From assembly GCF_036321535.1 (NCBI RefSeq), contig NC_087447.1, positions 47,370,001 through 47,434,000 on the forward strand: DNA of 64,000 nt, given 5' to 3'. This document shows, in pieces, positions 26,351-36,800 of this stretch (position 1 is the stretch's first letter; the number at the start of each line of letters is the position of its first letter). The notes under the pieces are model-generated. The model saw only the letters and a program-made list of their open reading frames with translations. It ran no database searches and was not told the DNA's origin. The position numbers were made by a program, and so were the translations under genes. Origin of the DNA: Camelus dromedarius. Lineage: Eukaryota.

Positions 26351-28699
26351 CTGGCAGTACACAGTGTGTGGCATGGACAGGGAGGGCTGGGTGTTCAGAG
26401 GAAGTGAGAAACCCTGGGCTGGGCTGGGAACTTCCTGGAGGAGGCATCTGGGATGATCCTCCATGAGTCAATCCTAAGAGAGCAATTGAGGACAGGCCAC
26501 AGGAAGTCCCCAGCCAGCCATAGGGCCTTCAGAGCAAGCCATCAGAGTGGGACCAGAGTCTGCAATGAGAAAGATTCAGTGGCCAGGGCCCAGGATAGGG
26601 CCACTGGAGGGGCTGAAGGTGCATTCAGGGAAGGCTTCCCGGAGGAGGGGCTGCTTCTGGCTGGTTTGGGGAAGGGGAGTAGGTGGAGATGAATCAGGTT
26701 GGAGACAGATATGAAAGAGAAAGCTCTGTTCCTCCTTGCCCTTTACCCTTGAGTGGAAAGGGAGGTGGGAGTTGGATGGGCAAGAGGAGGGAAGAAGGCC
26801 AAGGAGACATGGAGGTAACACCAGTGCTGACACTATGGCCAGGGTGGGTATGGATGGCTGGGGCTGGCAGGGAGCAGGTCCCCAGCTGTGGTTGGGAAAT
26901 GTTTCCTGTCTCCTTGCCAGAGGGGTCATTAATAATCATTTACCCGCCACAGGCAGCACGGAAGCCAGCCAGGGAGCAGCATGGTGCTGGGGCCGGAGCC
27001 CAGCCTGGCAGCCAGGAGAGCCGGATTCTGGGACCAGCCCTGCCACCTTGCTGTGAAACCTGGACAAGTCACCTGACCTCTCCTGGTCTCTGGTAATGCT
27101 GGTAAAAGGAGGGTGTAAAGAGGAGGCTCCCTAAAGACCTCCTGGCTCTGGGCCTCAGGTTCCCTAGATGGCAGCTGGGCTGCCAACCCTCCAGGGGGTT
27201 CGCGACCTTTGATGATGGATATGAGCATCTGGACTATGCTGAGTCCAGCTCAGGACACATGAGACGGGCAGACCCAGCCCAGCCTCTGAAGAGCTTGCAT
27301 TTTAGCAGGAACCAGACCCCAGCACTGTGGGTTGCACTCCTGGAGCACATGAAGGGCACCTCAGGCTGCGGGAAACACAGAAGGGAGGGCCATCTGCCCA
27401 GGGCCTGGGGGTGCTGACGGTGTGGCTGGGCCAGGAAGACAGAATTTCTCAGACACAGAAAGTGGGAGCCCGGTAAGGACTACATGGTTACTGCTAGGGC
27501 CCATGGTGCTGAGTAGGTGCTCAGTAAGTGCTTTCAGACAACAGAATGAGTTCATCTGCTAAATGAGAGACATTTGTGAAAGGATCATGGAATTTAGAAA
27601 GAGCTGCCTAAAAGGGTGATGAGGACAGTGATTCCAGCCAAAGACAACGGGATGGGAAAAGGTGACATGAAAACTCGAGAAGGCAAGGGATGACCGTCTG
27701 AAGCCTGACACTATTGCTTGGGAATAATCAACAGCCTTCAGGATCCCTTTTTCCAGTTGGGCCAGAATATTCCTTAGCCACAGGCCACATTTCTTGGCCC
27801 GTCCAACACCCCCTTCAAGGCTCAGCTCAAGCCTGCTCACTTCAGAGAACCTTCTGGAATGTGGTGCTGAGGCCACTTCTCCAACTGCCTTTGATAGTCT
27901 CTGTGCCTTCCAACCATGAGGAGTCCTGTCCTTTCATGCTCTCGAATACCTGTTGGCAGGCACTCACCATGGTCTCCCCATCGCTTTCTCTGGAGCGTAT
28001 GACCTGGATCCTCCGACTGGATCCATCAGATTAGAGGGTCCCCAAAGGTGTGACCGGGCCTCGTTTTTCAGATAAAGGTCTCTGTGAGGACAAGCACTAG
28101 CCTCCCCATCAAATGTGGGGTCAAAAATGTAGAGATAGATAAAGGTCTTCCTGGTAGTCTCCCAGCCCAGGTACCTTTCCGGGGATCACCCAGAAAAGGT
28201 TGAGGACAGGCTAGCCTGCAGAAGAGGACATTTGGCCGCTTAGCACCCCAGAAATGACATGAGCAGGAAGGGCACTGGGCCACACATAGGACTAAGACGT
28301 CATGGTTGGCAAACTCACCCAAGTCCAAGTCTGGCTCCCTCTGATCTTGGAGGAGGCGCCACTGGGGATACTACCCAGGACTCAGTGCCTGCGCCTGGAG
28401 CCCTGCCCTCTGCAGAGCACTGTGAGGTGGTAGTAAACATGGTGACACGTGCATCCTCTTCCCCCCACCCCCCCATCCTGGCCCAACACACGAGCCAGGC
28501 TAAAAGGAAAAGAACAAAAGTTCCTGGACTGCTACATCACCCGCCGCCCGCCTGTCCAGCGCCTGCTCAGCCGGAAACCCAAGACAAAGGCCTTGGTCAA
28601 AGTGAGGAGGATGAAGGGCAAAGGGTAGAGGCGGCCTGGCTTGGGCATCTCTGGGGACCTAACTGGGAGGGAAGCAAGAATGAGATGGCAGCCAAGCCC

Positions 28700-29900
28700 T
28701 CCTTGCACACACACGTCACTCCACAAACATTTACCAGACACCTGCTGTATTCCCCACACCCTGAACATTACACACCTAGTTCCTCACCCACACACCTTAT
28801 GCACACGCTCCCTCACCCCCTGCAGCACCTTCAGCCCTCCACACCCCTCACCCCACACACTCTGGGCTCCCCAGAGACCCTTCACACACTGCTCACCATA
28901 CATGGAAACAGCTCACAGGGAGAAAAGATCACAGAATCCATACGTCACACTGAAAAGTCACACTGCTCACACACCCACACTTCACATCACACTCACACTC
29001 ACACTCAACCTCCCACACACACCTCATCCACCCCACACTCACGTCTCCAAGCACAGACACACATCCAATTAAATTCAATACACACACATCACCCAGACAT
29101 GGAGACACACCCTGCATAGATAATGCACAGACCTAATGTCACACCAAAATATCACGTTTGTGGGCACACACAGCTCCTCAGCATCAGCAGTCCTGCCTGC
29201 GCTCTGCCTCCTTCCCACATGTACTTCAGCACACACACACACACACACACATACAGTCAACAAGTCCTTGCCTTAGACCCCTGGGCCTGGCTGCTACACT
29301 CTTTCCTACCCAGTTGCACAAACAGCTACCACACAGACACATGACACTCAAACACCAGTATACAGATCCTAATATATTTCCTGAGCAACTCCAGGATGTA
29401 CCACAGTGACTTGAAGCGAGTCCTCTAGGCTGCAAACACACTCGGGCACTCTCAGCTCCCCCATACCCGCCCATTAACTCCCCTCTACCTAGACATCCAG
29501 TTAAACCTTTCATCAGGTCCCAACAGTGGCCTTTCCTGGTTACACACAACAGCCCATAACATACACAACCATGTACACAATCCCCCATGCAAGCTGCCCC
29601 TACAGCCACTCCACCCCACGATGACAGACACACAACCATGGACACACAATTCCCCCACACACACACAACAGTCATACAGACAGCTAGAACTCCACACCCA
29701 CAACATGGCCTTCCTAGCAGCACACGACATGTAATGCCACACACTCACAGTCCTCACACTCACCACAAGCCCCCATGATTCCCCCAAATAATCCCACTCG
29801 TGATACACACACAACCCCACATGACACAACACACAATGTCACACAGGAGGCATACCAACACACACAATCTAGCCCATCCTACTCAAACACATACCCCCCC
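28700..29900 (+). repeat. CA-rich low-complexity region
   Basis: Degenerate CACAC/CTCAC tracts over about 1.2 kb. Similar tracts at 34850-35160 (TG-rich), 35640-35800, 50290-50610 and 55880-56500. Confidence 0.8.
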
Positions 29901-31157
29901 AGACTTACCCTGCCCTGGACACCTCCCACTACAGGAACTGACACCAGGTTGCAGTCTATTCCTCCCCTCCCCCATCCCAAGCCTCCAGCTTCCCCAAGTC
30001 AAGACTAAGACAGTGAGGATGAGGGGGTTTATAAGTTATGTACTCCAGTGCCCCACAGCGTGATCCCCACCCGTCTTAAATCCCTGGGCACTGCCCAAGA
30101 GCTGCGTGCTCCATCTTTAGCCCTTTCCACCAGCACCCACATCATGCCTGCCTGACAACGTGGGGAGGGGTGCAGGTCCTGGGTACACAGGCTGGCACTC
30201 TGAGCCTGTCCCCTCTTCACCCAAAAGCAGAGGCAAATATAAGGGAAAGAGATGACCACAGGAAAATGCTCTAGAATAAAGATAGAAACCTAGAGAAATT
30301 GGGGGGAGTGACGGGCAAACCAAGATAGGGGGGCACATGGGCAAGAGACCAAACAAGATAGAAACAGAGAAGCAGAGAGAGGATGGCCAGAAAGACTCGG
30401 AGAAGCCAGAGGAGAAACCAGAGAATAAAGTGGGGCCACCACACCCGAGAGAAACAAGAGGAGAGGGTGAGACCAGCCAGAAAATGCTAGGCTCTCCTAC
30501 ACAAGAGGGAGGAGGGAAAGCACGAACAGAGTGGGAGGGGGATGCTGCAGAGGAGTGAGAAGTAGAGATAGATGGAAAGGGGCATTTGGACCCTGGGGTA
30601 AGGTCTCAGGAGAGGACTGAAGTCCAGATGTTCCAGTGGAAATCTGAGCTGGGGGCACAGATGAGGCTGTGGAGTAGGGCTTCCAGGGCTTGGGATGAGG
30701 CCCCAGCTTTGAAGTGAGGTCGTTGCCGAGAGGTGGGGGTTCAGGTGTTCTGGGTATGCCTGGAGTCTGATATATATTTTGGGGGTTCAGGGCTATGAGC
30801 AGGGGTGCTCGTCTAATCTGGGAGGCAGAGAGTTCCAGGCTCGAACAGAGCACTCGTGTGTGAACTGGGGTCTCACTGTGGATTGGGAGTTCAGTGCTTC
30901 AGATAGAGTCCCAGATCTGAAAGGGGTTCAGAGTCTGGCGTGAGGTTTGGAATGTGAGCTGGGGGTTCAAGGTCTCTGCGTATGGGCTGCAGTCCCAGCA
31001 CAGGAGTGGGATTGACAACTAGGGGAGGGGTCCCCACCCTGGAGGGTTCAGGAGCAGGGTGTACCATGGGTCCGGCGACTGCACGCTCCGCGGAGGACCG
31101 GGCCGGGCGCTCACCCAACACCCCGTTCTCCTCGCGCCCAGCGCGGGGCCCCCCTAC

Positions 31158-31176
31158 CTGCAGGCTGTCGGCGCAT
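31158..31176 (-). CDS. PDE2A: PDE2A1 start (MRRQPA-), alternative frame within exon 2
   Basis: GCAGCC ATG CGC CGA CAG CCT GCA G|GT: 19 nt, phase 1. MRRQPAAS is the known PDE2A1 N-terminus and joins the 62-nt cassette exon in frame. Confidence 0.9.
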
Positions 31177-31230
31177 GGCTGCGGCGGCGGCGGCGGCTCG
31201 TCCGGCTTGAGGAAGACCTGCTGGCCTCGC
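31158..31230 (-). CDS. PDE2A: PDE2A shared exon 2 (73 nt; [24 protein letters not shown] in the PDE2A2/A3 frame)
   Basis: Acceptor TTCCTCAG| (AG at 31231-31232) and donor CAG|GTAGGG (31152-31157). Translation matches PDE2A and joins exon 1 in frame (CC+G = Pro). Confidence 0.97.
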
Positions 31231-31280
31231 CTGAGGAATTGGACAACAGCAATGAGAATATGGTGCAGCACCAGGACCAT
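31158..31280 (-). CDS. PDE2A: PDE2A2 first coding exon ([17 protein letters not shown] + exon 2), 41 codons
   Basis: Start of track ORF 30891..31280(-). [25 protein letters not shown] is the recognised PDE2A2 (mitochondria-associated) N-terminus. Context AGCATGG; continues unspliced through the exon-2 acceptor. Confidence 0.93.
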
Positions 31281-32089
31281 GCTCGCAGCCGCCCGCCCGC
31301 CCGCCGGCCCGGCCGCTGCGCTCGGTCAGCGCGTCCGCGACAGCCTCTCTGGGTCCGTGCGAGTGTCCGCCCCGGCCCCGCCCCGCCCCGCCCACTCCCC
31401 GCCCCCCGACTGCCCTGGCCCCACCCACCTTCCCGCAACCGCGGACAGCACCTCTCAGCTCGTCGGATCTTCGGACCCGCACCAGAAACCCCCACCTCTG
31501 ACCAGCTCTCACCTTCCTTATCTCTCCGCTCTCAAGATTCTTTCAGTTTGTCCGCTACTAGGATCCCCAGCCAGATAGCCGGCTCTTCGCCTTCGCTCCC
31601 TTCTCTTGACCCTTCACTCTTTTCACTGCCTCTAAGTGATCGCCTCTCAGATCCCCTCTCCTGTCTGATCACATCCTCTCCCCTCACCACTTATAAAGTC
31701 TTGGAGCCAGGCCAGAGCGCCAAGGCAGAGACCAGCGCAGCGAAGGGAAGTGGGGTTTGGAGGGGGAGGTAGAGGGGAAGGGACCACTGACACGACACAA
31801 GGAGCCCTGGCTCGCTCTTCTTCCAGGAAAAACGGGGAAGGCTTGGAAATTTTTAGAGGTCGCTCTGAGTCGGACAGGACCCGGGAGCAGTGGCCAATCT
31901 GGGAGGGAGACACGTGCGCACAGACACGCGAGCGCCCATACAGACAGGCACACCACTCCTAAGTTGGGGGGTAGGGACACTGGGCCCCCAGCACTGGGCA
32001 GGCAGGTCTGCGTTGGCGTCTCCGCAAGCCAGAGAGGATGCAGGCCCCAAGGCCATACAGTCCACAGTTCCGCGGTGGGACTTGCGAAC

Positions 32090-32173
32090 CTGGAGCGCAG
32101 TTCTCTGCAGAGCGGCCCCTGCGCCCTGGCGCTTGCTGCAGCCGTGACGCTCCTGCGCCCCCTGCTGGTCCAT
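32090..32173 (-). CDS. PDE2A: Candidate alternative first coding exon (MDQQGAQERHGCSKRQGAGAALQRTALQ), phase 0
   Basis: Near-perfect Kozak GCCGCCGCGATGG in the CpG island just downstream of GC boxes. Possible donor CAG|GTTCGC after 28 codons; splicing to exon 2 is open in the PDE2A1 frame. The donor is weak and no transcript evidence is available. Confidence 0.5.
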
Positions 32174-33599
32174 CGCGGCGGCGCAGCTCGGCCCGATTTG
32201 CTGTAGGCCAGGCCGAGTGGAGCGGGGGCGGGGGCGCCGAGGGAGAAAGGGTCATCTGGGCCAGCTCCTGGCCTGGACCCACCCGGTTCTTAACCTCTGC
32301 TTGGCATGAGGTCGGCTGGGGCTGTGGGACGTGTCTGGACTAGAGGGTGCTTTGGGGTCTCTCCTGGACTCTGCCAGCTAGCTACTTACTGCATGACCTT
32401 GGTCAGATCCCCTCCCCGGTTTCTGGGGCTCAGTTTTCCCATCTCTTTCACAAGACTGCCAGGACAATCAACCCCACAATGGTGGGAAGGCAGCCAGAGT
32501 CCCCTGACACCCCTCGCTGTGGTCTGACATGAATCCTATCCACTGCACTGTGGTCCCCTCCCCTCCTACCCAACACCCGTCTTGGAGGGTGACTCAGTGA
32601 GCCCCCAGCTTTCCAGCTCCCCACCTCACTGGGCTGATTCATCTGGGCCCTTTCTCCCTGGGGAATGATTTCCTCAAGGTTGAGTCATGGAGCCCAGTTC
32701 TGGGCACAGTCCTAGCACCTGGCACACAGGCTGGACAGAGTCCTAGCTGTGCCACCAGCTCAGCAGGAGGTCCTCCCTGCCAAGATTTCTCCCACCTCTC
32801 TTTCTGAGGCCCAGCTCTGGACATGCCTCTTCCCCTCTCAGACACCTTCAGTGACTGCCCACAGTCAGCACAATAAACCCTCAGCCTGACGTGGCAGACC
32901 CTCTGTAATTTAGCCCCAACTTGTTTTTCCAGCTCTGACCCTCTGGCCACTTTTCCTTAAATTTATACTTCCTACTCTACTCAGATGGGTGACTGACTCA
33001 TTCTCACCTCCAGGCCTTTACCCAGCCACCCTAGCCCCAATGCCCTCCAGATCCTGTTGGCCTGCTTATCTTTCAAGGGCCAGTCAGGAGGCCTTCCTTG
33101 GATGGTACCTTAGTCTTCTGGGTCCCCCTTCTTGCATCTTTCCTAGGAGTCATATCTGGGGGCACAGGGAGGGATGCGGTGCATCTCTGCCACTAAGTGA
33201 TCCAGGGCAAGTCAGTGTATTTTACTGCATCTTCAAACAGGGGGCAATTTGTCCTACTTATTAATGCTGTAGAAAACATGACATGGGTTAATGTATGTAA
33301 AGGTTCTGTCCCAGAAAAGGGCCTCCCTTCTCTCTTTTGGCCTTAGTTTCTTGCTCTATAAAGGGAATGACCAATGTAAGGGCTATTGTAAGGACTGAGT
33401 CTGAACCCAGTGCATAAATCTCTTGGCAAATCCTGAACATCTGTCACCAAGTCAGTCTGGGCTCTGGATAGCCTGGGTGGGACACAAGTATCCAGGAGGT
33501 ATCCATTATAGTCCCTGGCCAGAGCTGTTTGTTCTTCAAAGGAGGTCATCTCAGACCCCACAATCAAGAGCCAACCATGGCCTGGCACAGCCCCCATTT

Positions 33600-33815
33600 C
33601 CTGGGCTTTAACATCTGCTGAGCACTTATTCTGTGCCTCACATTTCATCTTCTCAACAACAGTATAAGTTAGGATCTATTATTAGCTACATTTTACAGAT
33701 AAGGAAAACTGAGGCACAGAGAGACTAAGTACACTGCCCACAGTCACATGGCTAGTAAGTAGAGCCAAAATTCAAACCCAGGCCATCTGGCTCCAATCTG
33801 TGCTTTCAATTCATT
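33600..33815 (-). mobile_element. MIR SINE
   Basis: ATTTTACAGATAAGGAAAACTGAGGCACAGAGAGACTAAGT...GTCACATGGCTAGTAAGT...ATTCAAACCCAGG core. Similar MIR cores at about 1500-1680, 11270-11410, 17900-18080, 37950-38140, 39610-39750, 44130-44300, 45620-45800 and 52270-52460. Confidence 0.85.
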
Positions 33816-36800
33816 TTCCACCTCTTGAGGAAAGGCATGTGAGAAAACTAGTTTTCTGAACTCCCCTTTTGTCCCCAAAATGCAGTCAGGGTCCTACACT
33901 CCCAGTCCCTGAAACCTCTGCCCATCTCTGCCATGAGGAAGCCTCACTGCAGGAGTGTCTGGCCTGGCCCCCAGCCGCCTCTTTTCATCTCCCCACCTTG
34001 CAGGCCACGCTAAGCTGCCCAGTGGCCCAGCTATCTCAGACTGGGTATTTTAAGAAAAGGTGACTCACCTAAGAGCCTGTCAATCTGGATACTGGCCCAC
34101 TTGACCTCAGGCCCTGTCCAGGAACCAGCTCTTCCTTCTTCCTAATAATGACCCCTCTGTGGGCCATTGTGCTTACAAAGGTCTTCCTCACCCAAGACTG
34201 GTGAGCAGATATGCCATCTCTCCATTTAAAAGCATGGCACCAGCAGACCCTCAGTAGATCCCAAATCTGCTCCCATTCCCCACGACCCTGCGTCCTGCTT
34301 CCAGGAGCTTGTTTGGTGCCTGACGTGCATCTATCCCCGGGCTGCTAACCATGGTCAGACTCCCAGGAGCCCAGGTTCAAACCTGAGCCCTGCCCTGGCA
34401 TGCTGGGTGACCTCAGGCAAGGCTGTGGCCCTCTCTGGCCTCAGAACTTGCAGCAGCTCTGAAGGTTGGCCTGGTTCTCTTTGAGGACTCAGGCAGTGCA
34501 GGTGGAGAGAGGCGGGATCCAGGTAAGCCTAGCTGGGCAGAAGGCAGCCCTCCAGAGCAGACAGGTCTGCCCAGGCATGCCAGGCCCAAGGACTATGAGG
34601 AAGGGCCAGATCCCAACACAGGGGGCTCCCAGGAGACAGTGTGTGTGACTCAGTCTCTCCATGACTTGAGGCAGAGTCCATGGACTAAAAGAGGGCTTGA
34701 CCATCCCAGGGTCCCTGGCAAGGGACAATCCAAGAATCATCTCGGAGTAAGCTGATATCTCTGCAGATTCTGCATTCAGCTAGAGCCTGTCCTCAGTGCT
34801 GCAGCCCCAAAGAGGGCACAGTTGTGAGCCACCCTTTGTTAGCCTGGTGTGTGCATGTGTGTAATGATGTGGGTGAAGGCAGGAGAGGTATGAGTACAGG
34901 TCGGTAAGTTTGTATCTTTGTGAGGATATGTGGTGCTTCAGAGGCAGGGCTGAACATGTGTGTGTGTACACAGATGTGTGTGTATCTACAGGAATGTGCA
35001 TATTTGTGCGTGTGTGGACAGGTATGTGTGTGTAGGTGTGAGTGTGTACACACAAGCAAGTATGTGTGTACAGATGTGTTTGTGCTCATGTATCCAAGTA
35101 CGGCACATGGATGCATTCATATGTGAGTGTACATGCAAATGTGCGAGTCTGAGTGTACTCAAATTCACACCTAACAGAGGTGCTGCCCATGGCCACTAGC
35201 CCTGGTCAGCTCTGTGTATCCTCTGGCAGTGGCCCCAGATGTGGGGGTGGCCATTACAAAGAAAGGATCTGGCTACAGGCAGGTGCTGGGGACGATGTGG
35301 ATTTGGTCTCTGGGTGGGCAAGGCCTGCTCCCAGAGCCCCAGCAGCAGCTCTGAGTGGGAAAGAGCACCAGCTGAGTGAACTGAGGCCCAGGGAAATGAA
35401 GAAGGGAGGGTGGGTCAGCCACAGGTCTCATCTATTTCCATGTTATTTGCATACACATTTGTCTGCAGCAGCTGGCCAGCTCCATGACCCTAGCTGGAGA
35501 ATTCTAGTCTGAGACTAGTCCAAGACCTGCTGGCTCACATCGGGGCTGAGGTCTAGTGGACTTGGGCCTTGGCACAGCTCAGTATATTCTCCTTATCATC
35601 TGCAAACCCCAATAACCTTTTGCCACTCAAGGCTGCCCCAGGCCACACACAATCTTACACACATTCACTGTCTTTCCACAGATATACATACACACTCCCA
35701 TCACTCCTACACACAGACACACACTCCTATACACAGATACATATCCCTATACACACGCTCACTTGGCTCCTACACATAGAACACAAGTAGACACACCTGC
35801 CCTAGTGCCTTCTTGGGGGACCACAGTGCCTCCTTCTCCCCGATGCCCACACCTGCTGGAGAGAGATTTTCTTCACTCAGGTCTGACTCTGCCTCACCCA
35901 CACTTACATGGCTCCCCTTGCCTACAGGATAAAGTTGGAGCCCTGGTCCTGGCCTCTGTAGCCCTTAATACCCACCTACAAAACATCATTTTTATGCTCT
36001 ACCCACACTCTGCCTTCTGGCCACACCCCCTCACCGCTCACCAGTCCTCCAGCCAGCACTCTCTGTCACTCCTCTGCACTTTTGCCAGGCACTCAGCCTT
36101 CCCCTCTATCAGCTCAAGGGGACAGATCTCTTTCTGTTTTGCTCATTGCTGTGGCCCCAGCACCCAGAACAAGGCTTGACCCAGAGGAACTGCTCAAAAA
36201 GACATCAATGGACTATAGGAATCAGTGGTAGAACCCTCCTCCCAGCCTGATCTGTCCTCTTATGCAGGACTTGCCAACTGTATTTGTTTCCCTGTGTGCC
36301 TCCCCCATCGGACCCAGTGCTCATGTGGAAAGAAATTGAGTCTGATTCAGCTCTGTGTGTCCATGTGCAACATGGGGCCGGGCACACAGAGAGGAGAGGG
36401 GGATAGATGGGGGTGCAGAGCCCAGGGCATGGTGACCCCCTCAGTGAAGCACAGGGATGTCTGGAAGGGGAAGCCCCCTGGGCCAATCACACGAAGCCCC
36501 CCTGCCCTGGGGAAGAGGCCTCCCAATCACCTTTACCCATCTGAGCCCCTTTCTGAAGTCACCCTGATTGTCAGTCCAGCCTCTGCTTGCAACTCCCAGG
36601 GACGGGGAGCTCACTTTCTTCTCAGCCAACCCCTTCTCATGTGGGATGGCTCTGCCTGATGCTGACTCCTCCCACAGCACCATCCTGTCAAATCCTGATC
36701 ATCCTGAACCATGATTCCCATGGAAAATGGGAAGGAAGATAACAAAAGGAGAAGCAGATCCCAGCTTTCTCAACAGCTCTAGCAATTTTTCCAGCTTTGG

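Larger units (their letters stand above)
31060..32300. promoter_or_regulatory. CpG island / internal PDE2A promoter with GC boxes
   Basis: Dense CpGs against a CpG-depleted background. Tandem CCCCGCCCC boxes at about 31368-31408 and GGGGGCGGGGGCG at about 32224-32236; spans exon 2 and the internal starts. Confidence 0.88.

Noticed and set aside
28259..29119. 286-aa ORF, the longest in the track
   Set aside because: His/Thr/Pro-rich translation of CA-rich low-complexity DNA, antisense in an intron, with no recognisable protein.
30891..31157. Continuation of the PDE2A2 ORF past LQ (VGGPRAG...)
   Set aside because: Intron read-through beyond the GTAGGG donor; not PDE2A sequence.
30982..31772. 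Long plus-strand ORFs across the CpG island
   Set aside because: Expected by-product of high GC content, antisense to real exons.
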